Origin: Bugula neritina
Lineage: Eukaryota; Animalia; Bryozoa
Reading direction: 5' to 3'
Assembly (NCBI GenBank): GCA_964035545.1
Contig: CAXIUT010000230.1
Coordinates: 310,001 to 374,000, forward strand
DNA: 64,000 nt
The position numbers were made by a program, and so were the translations under genes. The notes beneath the pieces were generated by a model. That model worked only from the letters and a program-made list of their open reading frames with translations. It did no database searches and had not been told where the DNA came from. Positions 47,701 to 63,760 of this stretch are shown one piece after another. The first letter of the stretch is position 1. Each line of letters opens with the position of its first letter.

Positions 47701-50280
47701 ATATGCTGTAGCACACTGAAATACACTGCAACTCACTGAAATATACTGCAACATACTGAAATACACTGTAACATATTGAAATATACTGCAACATACTGAA
47801 ATACAGTGCTACATACTGAAATATACTGCAACATACTGCAACATACTGAAATACACTGTAACATACTGAAATACACTGCAACATACTACAACATATTGAA
47901 AGACACTGCAACACATTGAAATATGCTGCAACATACCTAAATATTCGGTAATATACCAAAAAAAACTGTTACACATTGAAAAATACTGCAACATACTGAA
48001 ATACACTGCAACACACTGAAAAACACTGCAAAATACAGTAACACACTGAAATATACTGCAAAATACTGAAATACACTGCTACATACCTAAATATACTGCA
48101 ACACACTGCAACATACTGCAACATACTAAAATATACTGCAACATACTGAAATACACTGCAAAATACTGAAATACACTGTAACATACTGAAATATACTGCA
48201 ACATACTGAAGTACACTCCTGCATACTGAAATATACTGCAACTCACTGCAACATACTGCAACATACTAAAATACACTGTAACATATTGAAATACACTGCA
48301 ACACATTGAAATATACTGCAAAATATTGAAATACACTGCTACACACTGAAATATACTGCAACACACGGCAACATACTGCAACATACTAAAATATACTGCA
48401 ACATACTGAAATACACTGCAAAATACTGAAATACGCTGTAACATACTGAAATATACTGCAACATACTGAAATATACTGCTACATACTGAAATATACTGCA
48501 ACACACTGCAACATACTGCAACATACTAAAATACACTGTAACATAATAAAATACACTGCAACACATTGAAATATACTGCAAAATACTGAAATACACTGCT
48601 ATATACTGAAATATACTGCAACACACTGCAACATACTGCAACATACTAAAATATACTGCAACATACTGAAAAACTCTGCAAAATACTGAAATACACTGTA
48701 ACATACTGAAATATACTGCAACATACTACAACATTTTGAAATACACTGCAATTCATTGAAATATACTGCAACATACCTAAATATACGGTAATATACTGAA
48801 ATATACTGTAACACATTGAAAAATACTACAAAATACTGAAATACACTGCAACATACTACAACATACTGAAATACGCTGTAATACATTGAAATCCACTGCA
48901 ACACATTGAAATATACTGTAACTCGCTGAAACATACTGTAACTCACTGAAATATAGTGTAATATACGGAAATGTACTGTAAAATACTGGAATATAATGTA
49001 ACACACTGAAATATACTGCAACATACTGAAATACACTGTAACATACTGAAATAAACTGCAACATCCTGCAACATACTGAAATACACTGTAACATACTGAA
49101 ATACACTGCAACATCCTACAAGATACTGAAATACACTGTAACGTATTGAAGTACACTGCAACACATTGAAGTATTCTGCAACACACTTAAACATACGGCA
49201 ACATACTGAAATATACTTCGGCACATTGCAATATACTGCAGCATACTGAAATGTGCTGTAGCCTACTGAAATACACTGCATTATACTGAAATACACTGCT
49301 ACATACTGAAATATACTGCAACATACTGAAATAAACCGCGACACATTGCAATATACTGTAACATACTGAAATATGCTGTAGCACACTGAAATACACTGCA
49401 ACTCACTGAAATATACTGCAACATACTGAAATACACTGTAACATATTGAAATATACTGCAACATACTGAAATACAGTGCTACATACTGAAATATACTGCA
49501 ACATACTGCAACATACTGAAATACACTGTAACATACTGAAATACACTGCAACATACTACAACATATTGAAAGACACTGCAACACATTGAAATATGCTGCA
49601 ACATACCTAAATATTCGGTAATATACCAAAAAAAACTGTTACACATTGAAAAATACTGCAACATACTGAAATACACTGCAACACACTGAAAAACACTGCA
49701 AAATACAGTAACACACTGAAATATACTGCAAAATACTGAAATACACTGCTACATACCTAAATATACAGCAACACACTGCAACATACTGCAACATACTAAA
49801 ATATACTGCAACATACTGAAATACACTGCAAAATACTGAAATACACTGTAACATACTGAAATATACTGCAACATACTGAAGTACACTCCTGCATACTGAA
49901 ATATACTGCAACTCACTGCAACATACTGCAACATACTAAAATACACTGTAACATATTGAAATACACTGCAACACATTGAAATATACTGCAAAATATTGAA
50001 ATACACTGCTACACACTGAAATGTACTGCAACACATGGCAACATACTGCAACATACTAAAATATACTGCAACATACTGAAATACACTGCAAAATACTGAA
50101 ATACGCTGTAACATACTGAAATATACTGCAACATACTGAAATATACTGCTACATACTGAAATATACTGCAACACACTGCAACATACTGCAACATACTAAA
50201 ATACACTGTAACATAATGAAATACACTGCAACACATTGAAATATACTGCAAAATACTGAAATACACTGCTATATACTGAA
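45780..50280. repeat. Tandem run of the 1670-bp HOR (about 2.7 copies)
   Basis: Landmark ORFs at 45847, 47517, 49187 and 46669, 48339, 50009. Variants ATAAACCGCG (47661/49331) and ATATTCGGTAATATACC (47941/49611) mark a recent duplication. Confidence 0.92.
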
Positions 50281-53200
50281 ATATACTGCAACACACTGAA
50301 ACATACTGCAACATACTAAAATATACTGCAGCATACTGAAATACACTGCAACACAGTGAAATATACTGCAATGTGCCGAAATATATGGTAAACTACTGAA
50401 ATATACTGTCACACATTGAATATTACTGCAACATAATGAAATAAACTGCGACACATTGCTATATACTGTAACATACCGAAATATGCTGTAGCACATTGAA
50501 ATACACTGCAACTCACTGAAATACAGTGCTACATACTGAAATATACTGCAACATACTGCAACATACTGAAATACACTGTAACAAACTGAAATACACTGCA
50601 ACATACTACAACATTTTGAAACACACTGCAACACATTGAAATATACTGCAACATACCTAAATATACGGTAATATACCAAAATATACTGTAACACATTGAA
50701 AAATACTGCAACATACTGAAATACACTGCAACACACTGAAAAACACTGCAAAATACTGTAACACACTGAAATAAACTGCAAAACACTGAAATACACTGCT
50801 ACATACTGAAATATACTGCAACACAGTGCAACATGCTGCAACATACTAAAATATACTGCAACATACTGAAATACACTGCAAAATACTGAAATACACTGTA
50901 ACATACTGAAATACACTGCAAAATACTACAACATTTTGACATACACTGGAATACATTGAAATATACTGCAACATACCTAAATATACGGTAATATACTGAA
51001 ATATACTGTAACACATTGAAAAATACTACAAAATACTGAAATACACTGCAACAAACTACAACATACTGAAATACGCTGTAATACATTGAAATCCACTGCA
51101 ACACATTGAAATATAGTGTAACTCGCTGAAACATACTGTAACTCACTGAAATATAGTGTAATATACGGAAATGCACTGTAAAATACTGGAATATAATGTA
51201 ACACACTGAAATATACTGCAACATACTGAAATACACTGAAACATACTGAAATATACTGCAACATCCTGCAACATACTGAAATACACTGTAACATACCGAA
51301 ATACACTGCAACATCCTACAAGATACTGAAATACACTGTAACGTATTGAAGTACACTGCAACACATTGAAGTATTCTGCAACACACTTAAACATACGGCA
51401 ACATACTGAAATATACTTCGGCACATTGCAATATACTGCAGCATACTGAAATATGCTGTAGCCTACTGAAATACACTGCATTATACTGAAATACACTGCT
51501 ACATACTGAAATATACTGCAACATACTGAAATACACTGTAATATGCTGAATTACACTGCAACACATTGAAATATACTGCAACATAGCAAAATATATATTA
51601 AACTACTGAAAAATACTTTAACACATTGAAAAATACTGCAACATACATAATTATACTGTAACACACTGAAATATACTGCAACATACTGAAATACACAGTA
51701 AAATACTGAAATACACTGCAACATACTACAACATATTGAAAAACACTGCAACACATTGAATATACTGCAACATACTTAAATATGCGGTAATATACTGAAA
51801 TAAACTCTAACACATTGAAAATACTGCAACATACTGAAATACACTGCAACACACCGAAATATAATGCAAAATAAAACAACATACTGAAATACACTGTAAC
51901 ATATTGAAATACACTGGAATACATTGAAATATACTGCAACATACCGAGATATATTGTAAACTACTGAAATATACTGTAACACATTGAAAAATACTGCAAC
52001 ATACTGAAATTTCTTGCGACACATTGCAATATACTGTAACATACTGAAATATGCTGTAGCACACTGAAATATACTGCAAAATACTGAAATACACTAAAAC
52101 ATATTGAAAAATACTGCAACATACTGAAATACACTGTAACATACTGAAATGCACTGCAAAATACTACAACATATTGAAATACACTGCAACATACCTAAAT
52201 ATTCGGTAAGATACTGAAATATACTGTAACACATTAAAAAAGTACAGCAACATACTGAAAAATACTGCAAGATACTGCAACATACTAAAATACACTGTAA
52301 CATAATGAAACACACTGCAACATCTTGCATTATACTGACATACACTGGAACATAATGAAATACACTGCAACAAATTGAAGTATACTGCAACACACCGAAA
52401 CATACGGCAACATACTGAAATATACTGCGACAGATTGAAATGTACAGCAACATACTGAAATATACTGCGACACATTGCAAAATACTGCAACATACTGAAA
52501 TACGCGGTAATATATTGAAATACACTGCAACACATTGAAATATACTGTAACTCGCTGAAATATAGTGTAATATACGGAAATGTACTGTAACATACTGGAA
52601 TATACTGTAACACACTGAAGTATACTGCAACATACTGAAATGCAGTGCTACATACTGAAATATACTGCAACATACTGCAACATATTCAAATACACTGTAA
52701 CATACTGAAATATACTACTACACACTGCAACATTTGGCAACATACTGAAATATACTGCGACACTTTGCAGTATACTGAAACATACTGAAATATGCTGTAG
52801 CACACCGAAATACACTGCAACTCACTGAAATATACTGCAACATACTGAAATACACTGTGACATACTGAAATATACTGCGACATACTGCACCATACTGAAA
52901 TACACTGTAACATACTGAAATACACTGCAACACATTGAAATATACTGCAAAATACTGAATTACAGTGCTACATACTGAAAGATACTGCAACATACCGAAA
53001 TACACTGTAACATGTTGAAATATACTGCAACATACCTAAATATACGGTAATATACCAAAATATACTGTAACACATTGAAAAATACTGCAACATACTGAAA
53101 TACACTGCAACCTCTGAAAAACACTGCAAAATACTGTAACACACTCAAATATACTGCAAAACACCGAAATACACTGCTACATACTGAAATATACTGCAAC

Positions 53201-56200
53201 ACACTGCAACATACTGCAACATACTAAAATATACTGCAACATACTGAAATACACTGCAAAATACTGAAATACGCTGTAACATACTGAAATATACTGCAAC
53301 ATACTGAAATATACTGCTACATACTGAAATATACTGCAACACACTGCAACATACTGCAACATACTAAAATACACTGTAACATAATAAAATACACTGCAAC
53401 ACATTGAAATATACTGCAAAATACTGAAATACACTGCTATATACTGAAATATACTGCAACACACTGCAACATACTGCGACATACTAAAATATACTGCAAC
53501 ATACTGAAAAACTCTGCAAAATACTGAAATACACTGTAACATACTGAAATATACTGCAACATACTACAACATTTTGAAATACACTGCAATTCATTGAAAT
53601 ATACTGCAACATACCTAAATATACGGTAATATACTGAAATATACTGTAACACATTGAAAAATACTACAAAATACTGAAATACACTGCAACATACTACAAC
53701 ATACTGAAATACGCTGTAATACATTGAAATCCACTGCAACACATTGAAATATACTGTAACTCGCTGAAACATACTGTAACTCACTGAAATATAGTGTAAT
53801 ATACGGAAATGTACTGTAAAATACTGGAATATAATGTAACACACTGAAATATACTGCAACATACTGAAATACACTGTAACATACTGAAATAAACTGCAAC
53901 ATCCTGCAACATACTGAAATACACTGTAACATACTGAAATACACTGCAACATCCTACAAGATACTGAAATACACTGTAACGTATTGAAGTACACTGCAAC
54001 ACATTGAAGTATTCTGCAACACACTTAAACATACGGCAACATACTGAAATATACTTCGGCACATTGCAATATACTGCAGCATACTGAAATGTGCTGTAGC
54101 CTACTGAAATACACTGCATTATACTGAAATACACTGCTACATACTGAAATATACTGCAACATACTGAAATAAACTGCGACACATTGCAATATACTGTAAC
54201 ATACTGAAATATGCTGTAGCACACTGAAATACACTGCAACTCACTGAAATATACTGCAACATACTGAAATACACTGTAACATATTGAAATATACTGCAAC
54301 ATACTGAAATACAGTGCTACATACTGAAATATACTGCAACATACTGCAACATACTGAAATACACTGTAACATACTGAAATACACTGCAACATACTACAAC
54401 ATATTGAAAGACACTGCAACACATTGAAATATGCTGCAACATACCTAAATATACGGTAATATACCAAAAAAAACTGTTACACATTGAAAAATACTGCAAC
54501 ATACTGAAATACACTGCAACACACTGAAAAACACTGCAAAATACAGTAACACACTGAAATATACTGCAAAATACTGAAATACACTGCTACATACTTAAAT
54601 ATACTGCAACACACTGCAACATACTGCAACATACTAAAATATACTGCAACATACTGAAATACACTGCAAAATACTGAAATACACTGTAACATACTGAAAT
54701 ATACTGCAACATACTGAAGTACACTCCTGCATACTGAAATATACTGCAACTCACTGCAACATACTGCAACATACTAAAATACACTGTAACATATTGAAAT
54801 ACACTGCAACACATTGAAATATACTGCAAAATATTGAAATACACTGCTACACACTGAAATGTACTGCAACACATGGCAACATACTGCAACATACTAAAAT
54901 ATACTGCAACATACTGAAATACACTGCAAAATACTGAAATACGCTGTAACATACTGAAATATACTGCAACATACTGAAATATACTGCTACATACTGAAAT
55001 ATACTGCAACACACTGCAACATACTGCAACATACTAAAATACACTGTAACATAATGAAATACACTGCAACACATTGAAATATACTGCAAAATACTGAAAT
55101 ACACTGCTATATACTGAAATATACTGCAACACACTGAAACATACTGCAACATACTAAAATATACTGCAGCATACTGAAATACACTGCAACACAGTGAAAT
55201 ATACTGCAATGTGCCGAAATATATGGTAAACTACTGAAATATACTGTCACACATTGAATATTACTGCAACATAATGAAATAAACTGCGACACATTGCTAT
55301 ATACTGTAACATACCGAAATATGCTGTAGCACATTGAAATACACTGCAACTCACTGAAATACAGTGCTACATACTGAAATATACTGCAACATACTGCAAC
55401 ATACTGAAATACACTGTAACAAACTGAAATACACTGCAACATACTACAACATTTTGAAACACACTGCAACACATTGAAATATACTGCAACATACCTAAAT
55501 ATACGGTAATATACCAAAATATACTGTAACACATTGAAAAATACTGCAACATACTGAAATACACTGCAACACACTGAAAAACACTGCAAAATACTGTAAC
55601 ACACTGAAATAAACTGCAAAACACTGAAATACACTGCTACATACTGAAATATACTGCAACACAGTGCAACATGCTGCAACATACTAAAATATACTGCAAC
55701 ATACTGAAATACACTGCAAAATACTGAAATACACTGTAACATACTGAAATACACTGCAAAATACTACAACATTTTGACATACACTGGAATACATTGAAAT
55801 ATACTGCAACATACCTAAATATACGGTAATATACTGAAATATACTGTAACACATTGAAAAATACTACAAAATACTGAAATACACTGCAACAAACTACAAC
55901 ATACTGAAATACGCTGTAATACATTGAAATCCACTGCAACACATTGAAATATAGTGTAACTCGCTGAAACATACTGTAACTCACTGAAATATAGTGTAAT
56001 ATACGGAAATGTACTGTAAAATACTGGAATATAATGTAACACACTGAAATATACTGCAACATACTGAAATACACTGAAACATACTGAAATATACTGCAAC
56101 ATCCTGCAACATACTGAAATACACTGTAACATACCGAAATACACTGCAACATCCTACAAGATACTGAAATACACTGCATTATACTGAAATACACTGCTAC

Positions 56201-57950
56201 ATACTGAAATATACTGCAACATACTGAAATACACTGTAATATGCTGAATTACACTGCAACACATTGAAATATACTGCAACATAGCAAAATATATATTAAA
56301 CTACTGAAAAATACTTTAACACATTGAAAAATACTGCAACATACATAATTATACTGTAACACACTGAAATATACTGCAACATACTGAAATACACAGTAAA
56401 ATACTGAAATACACTGCAACATACTACAACATATTGAAAAACACTGCAACACATTGAATATACTGCAACATACTTAAATATGCGGTAATATACTGAAATA
56501 AACTCTAACACATTGAAAATACTGCAACATACTGAAATACACTGCAACACACCGAAATATAATGCAAAATAAAACAACATACTGAAATACACTGTAACAT
56601 ATTGAAATACACTGTAACACATTGAAATATACTGCAACATACCGAGATATATTGTAAACTACTGAAATATACTGTAACACATTGAAAAATACTGCAACAT
56701 ACTGAAATTTCTTGCGACACATTGCAATATACTGTAACATACTGAAATATGCTGTAGCACACTGAAATATACTGCAAAATACTGAAATACACTAAAACAT
56801 ATTGAAAAATACTGCAACATACTGAAATACACTGTAACATACTGAAATGCACTGCAAAATACTACAACATATTGAAATACACTGCAACATACCTAAATAT
56901 TCGGTAAGATACTGAAATATACTGTAACACATTAAAAAAGTACAGCAACATACTGAAAAATACTGCAAGATACTGCAACATACTAAAATACACTGTAACA
57001 TAATGAAACACACTGCAACATACTGCATTATACTGACATACACTGGAACATAATGAAATACACTGCAACAAATTGAAGTATACTGCAACACACCGAAACA
57101 CACGGCAACATACTGAAATATACTGCGACAGATTGAAATGTACAGCAACATACTGAAATATACTGCGACACATTGCAAAATACTGCAACATACTGAAATA
57201 CGCGGTAATATATTGAAATACACTGCAACACATTGAAATATACTGTAACTCGCTGAAATATAGTGTAATATACGGAAATGTACTGTAACATACTGGAATA
57301 TACTGTAACACACTGAAGTATACTGCAACATACTGAAATGCAGTGCTACATACTGAAATATACTGCAACATACTGCAACATATTCAAATACACTGTAACA
57401 TACTGAAATATACTACTACACACTGCAACATTTGGCAACATACTGAAATATACTGCGACACATTGCAGTATACTGAAACATACTGAAATATGCTGTAGCA
57501 CACCGAAATACACTGCAACTCACTGAAATATACTGCAACATACTGAAATACACTGTGACATACTGAAATATACTGCGACATACTGCACCATACTGAAATA
57601 CACTGTAACATACTGAAATACACTGCAACACATTGAAATATACTGCAAAATACTGAATTACAGTGCTACATACTGAAAGATACTGCAACATACCGAAATA
57701 CACTGTAACATGTTGAAATATACTGCAACATACCTAAATATACGGTAATATACCAAAATATACTGTAACACATTGAAAAATACTGCAACATACTGAAATA
57801 CACTGCAACCTCTGAAAAACACTGCAAAATACTGTAACACACTCAAATATACTGCAAAACACCGAAATACACTGCTACATACTGAAATATACTGCAACAC
57901 ACTGCAACATACTGCAACATACTAAAATATACTGCAACATACTGAAATAC
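48370..57950. repeat. 4838-bp tandem duplication; second copy has a 140-bp deletion
   Basis: ORF pairs 48599/53437, 49187/54025, 50269/55107, 50977/55815 (offset 4838), then 51551/56249 and 53145/57843 (offset 4698). Junction between ~53205 and 53270. Confidence 0.88.
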
Positions 57951-60900
57951 ACTGCAAAATACTGAAATACACTGTAACATACTGAAATATACTGCGACAC
58001 ATTGCAATATACTGTAACATACTGAAATATGCTGTAGCACACTGAAATACACTGCAACTCACTGAAATATACTGCAACATACTGAAATACACTGTAACAT
58101 ATTGAAATATACTGCAACATACTGCAACATACTGAAATACACTGGAACATATTGAAATACACTGCAACAAATTGAAGTATACTGCAACACACTGAAACAC
58201 ACTGAAATACACCGCAAAACACTACAACATACTGAAACATACTGCAACATACTGAAATACACTACTACATACTGAAATATACTGCAACATACTGCACCAT
58301 ACTGAAATACACTGTAACATACTGAAATACACTGCAACATAATACAATATATTGAAATACACTGCAACACATTGAAATATACTGCAACATACTGAAATAT
58401 ACTGCGACACATTGCAATATACTGTAACATACTGAAATATGCTGTAGCACATTGAAATACACTGCAACTCACTGAAATATACTGCAACATACTGATATAC
58501 ACTGTAACATATTGAAATACACTGCAACATACTGAAATACAGTGCTACATACTGAAATATACTGCAACATACTGCAACATACTGAAATACACTGTAACAT
58601 ACTGAAATACACTGCAACATACTACAACATATTGAAAGACACTGCAACACATTGAAATATGCTGCAACATACCTAAATATACGGTAATATACCAAAATAA
58701 ACTGTTACACATTGAAAAATACTGCAACATACTGAAATACACTGCAACACACTGAAAAACACTGCAAAATACTGTAACACACTGAAATATACTGCAAAAT
58801 ACTGAAATACACTGCTACATACTTAAATATACTGCAACACACTGCAACATACTGCAACATACTAAAATATACTGCAACATACTGAAATACACTGCAAAAT
58901 ACTGAAATACACTGTAACATACTGAAATATACTGCAACATACTGAAGTACACTCCTACATACTGAAATATACTGCAACTCACTGCAACATACTGCAACAT
59001 ACTAAAATACACTGTAACATATTGAAATACACTGCAACACATTGAAATATACTGCAAAATATTGAAATACACTGCTACACACTGAATTATACTGCAACAC
59101 ACGGCAACATACTGCAACATACTAAAATATACTGCAACATACTGAAATACACTGCAAAATACTGAAATACGCTGTAACATACTGAAATATACTGCAACAT
59201 ACTGAAATATACGGCTACATACTGAAATATACTGCAACACACTGCAACATACTGCAACATACTAAAATACACTGTAACATAATGAAATACACTGCAACAC
59301 ATTGAAATATACTGCAAAATACTGAAATACACTGCTATATACTGAAATATACTGCAACACACTGCAACATACTGCAACATACTAAAATATACTGCAACAT
59401 ACTGAAATACACTGCAAAATACTGAAATACACTGTAACATACTGAAATATACTGCAACATACTGAAATACACTGCTACATACTGAAATAAACTGCAACAT
59501 CCTGCAACATACTGAAATACACTGCAACATACTGAAATACACTGCAACATACTACAACATATTGAAAGACACTGCAACACATTGAAATATGCTGCAACAT
59601 ACCTAAATATACGGCAATATACCAAAATAAACTGTTACACATTGAAAAATACTGCAACATACTGAAATACACTGCAACACACTGAAAAACACTGTAAAAT
59701 ACTGTAACACACTGAAATATACTGCAAAATACTGAAATACACTGCTACATACTTAAATATACTGCAACACACTGCAACATACTGCAACATACTAAAATAT
59801 ACTGCAACATACTGAAATACACTGCAAAATACTGAAATACGCTGTAACATACTGAATATACTGCAACATACTGAAGTACACTCCTACATACTGAAATATA
59901 ATGCAACTCACTGCAACATACTGCAACATACTAAAATACACTGTAACATATTGAAATACACTGCAACACATTGAAATATACTGCAAAATATTGAAATACA
60001 CTGCTACACACTGAAATATACTGCAACACACGGCAACATACTGCAACATACTAAAATATACTGCAACATACTGAAATACACTGCAAAATACTGAAATACG
60101 CTGTAACATACTGAAATATACTGCAACATACTGAAATATACTGCTACATACTGAAATATACTGCAACACACTGCAACATACTGCAACATACTAAAATACA
60201 CTGTAACATAATGAAATACACTGCAACACATTGAAATATACTGCAAAATACTGAAATACACTGTAACGTACTGAAATAAACTGCAACATCCTGCAACATA
60301 CTGAAATACACTGTAACATACTGAAATACACTGCAACATCCTACAAGATACTGAAATACACTGTAACGTATTGAAGTACACTGCAACACATTGAAGTATT
60401 CTGCAACACACTTAAACATACGGCAACATACTGAAATATACTTCGGCACATTGCAATATACTGCAGCATACTGAAATATGCTGTAGCCTACTGAAATACA
60501 CTGCATTATACTGAAATACACTGCTACATACTGAAATATACTGCAACATACTGAAATATACTGCGAAACATTGCAATATACTGTAACATACTGAAATATG
60601 CTGTAGCACACTGAAATACACTGCAACTCACTGAAATATACTGCAACATACTGAAATACACTGTAACATATTGAAATATACTGCAACATACTGAAATACA
60701 GTGCTACATACTGAAATATACTGCACCATACTGCAACATACTGAAATACACTGTAACATACTGAAATTCACTGCAACATACTACAACATATTGAAAGACA
60801 CTGCAACACATTGAAATATGCTGCAACATACCTAAATATACGGTAATATACCAAAATAAACTGTTACACATTGAAAAATACTGCAACATACTGAAATACA

Positions 60901-61490
60901 CTGCAACACACTGAAAAACACTGCAAAATACTGTAACACACTGAAATATACTGCAAAATACTCAAATACACTGCTACATACTTAAATATACTGCAACACA
61001 CTGCAACATACTGCAACATACTAAAATATACTGCAACATACTGAAATACACTGCAAAATACTGAAATACACTGTAACATACTGAAATATACTGCAACATA
61101 CTGAAGTACACTCCTACATACTGAAATATACTGCAACTCACTGCAACATACTGCAACATACTAAAATACACTGTAACATATTGAAATACACTGCAACACA
61201 TTGAAATATACTGCAAAATATTGAAATACACTGCTACACACTGAAATATACTGCAACACACGGCAACATACTGCAACATACTAAAATATACTGCAACATA
61301 CTGAAATACACTGCAAAATACTGAAATACGCTGTAACATACTGAAATATACTGCAACATACTGAAATATACTGCTACATACTGAAATATACTGCAACACA
61401 CTGCAACATACTGCAACATACTAAAATACACTGTAACATAATAAAATACACTGCAACACATTGAAATATACTGCAAAATACTGAAATACA
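56175..61490. repeat. Long-range copy of ~33380-38680 (offset 22793, then 22813/22812)
   Basis: ORF pairs 33456/56249, 35030/57843, 35732/58545, 36662/59475, 37600/60412, 38422/61234. Confidence 0.85.
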
Positions 61491-62629
61491 CTGCTATATA
61501 CTGAAATATACTGCAACACACTGCAACATACTGCAACATACTAAAATATACTGCAACATACTGAAAAACACTGCAAAATACTGAAATACACTGTAACATA
61601 CTGAAATATACTGCAAAATACTACAACATTTTGAAATACACTGCAATACATTGAAATATACTGCAACATACCTAAATATACGGTAATATACTGAAATATA
61701 CTGTAACACATTGAAAAATACTACAAAATACTGAAATACACTGCAACATACTACAACATACTGAAATACGCTGTAATACATTGAAATCCACTGCAACACA
61801 TTGAAATATACTGTAACTCGCTGAAACATACTGTAACTCACTGAAATATAGTGTAATATACGGAAATGTACTGTAAAATACTGGAATATAATGTAACACA
61901 CTGAAATATACTGCAACATACTGAAATACACTGTAACATACTGAAATAAACTGCAACATCCTGCAACATACTGAAATACACTGTAACATACTGAAATACA
62001 CTGCAACATCCTACAAGATACTGAAATACACTGTAACGTATTGAAGTACACTGCAACACATTGAAGTATTCTGCAACACACTTAAACATACGGCAACATA
62101 CTGAAATATACTTCGGCACATTGCAATATACTGCAGCATACTGAAATATGCTGTAGCCTACTGAAACACACTGCATTATACTGAAATACACTGCTACATA
62201 CTGAAATATACTGCAACATACTGAAATATACTGCGACACATTGCAATATACTGTAACATACTGAAATATGCTGTAGCACACTGAAATACACTGCAACTCA
62301 CTGAAATATACTGCAACATACTGAAATACACTGTAACATATTGAAATATACTGCAACATACTGAAATACAGTGCTACATACTGAAATATACTGCAACATA
62401 CTGCAACATACTGAAATACACTGTAACATACTGAAATACACTGCAACATACTACAACATATTGAAAGACACTGCAACACATTGAAATATGCTGCAACATA
62501 CCTAAATATACGGTAATATACCAAAAAAAACTGTTACACATTGAAAAATACTGCAACATACTGAAATACACTGCAACACACTGAAAAACACTGCAAAATA
62601 CAGTAACACACTGAAATATACTGCAACAT

Positions 62630-63760
62630 ACTGAAATACACTGTAACATACTGAAATTCACTGCAACATACTACAACATATTGAAAGACACTGCAACACA
62701 TTGAAATATGCTGCAACATACCTAAATATACGGTAATATACCAAAATAAACTGTTACACATTGAAAAATACTGCAACATACTGAAATACACTGCAACACA
62801 CTGAAAAACACTGCAAAATACTGTAACACACTGAAATATACTGCAAAATACTCAAATACACTGCTACATATTTAAATATACTGCAACACACTGCAACATA
62901 CTGCAACATACTAAAATATACTGCAACATACTGAAATACACTGCAAAATACTGAAATACACTGTAACATACTGAAATATACTGCAACATACTGAAGTACA
63001 CTCCTACATACTGAAATATACTGCAACTCACTGCAACATACTGCAACATACTAAAATACACTGTAACATATTGAAATACACTGCAACACATTGAAATATA
63101 CTGCAAAATATTGAAATACACTGCTACACACTGAAATATACTGCAAAACACGGCAACATACTGCAACATACTAAAATATACTGCAACATACTGAAATACA
63201 CTGCAAAATACTGAAATACGCTGTGACATACTGAAATATACTGCAACATACTGAAATATACTGCTACATACTGAAATATACTGCAACACACTGCAACATA
63301 CTGCAACATACTGAAATACACTGTAACATAATAAAATACACTGCAACACATTGAAATATACTGCAAAATACTGAAATACACTGCTATATACTGAAATATA
63401 CTGCAACACACTGCAACATACTGCAACATACTAAAATATACTGCAACATACTGAAAAACACTGCAAAATACTGAAATACACTGTAACATACTGAAATATA
63501 CTGCAACATACTGAAATACACTGCTACATACTGAAATATACGGCAACACACTGCAACATACTGAAACATACTACAATACACTGTAACATATTGAAATACA
63601 CTGCAACACAGTGAAATATACTGCAATGTGCCGAAATATATGGTAAACTACTGAAATATACTGTCACACATTGAAAATTACTGCAACATACTGAAATAAA
63701 CTGCGACACATTGCAATATACTGTAACATACCGAAATATGCTGTAGCACATTGAAATACA
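62630..63760. repeat. Copy of ~2670-3800 at offset 59962
   Basis: ORF pairs 2792/62754, 2902/62864, 3162/63124, 3422/63384, 3562/63524. The segment GAAATATACGGCAACACACTGCAACATACTGAAACATACT was noticed only at ~3571 and ~63533. Confidence 0.8.
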
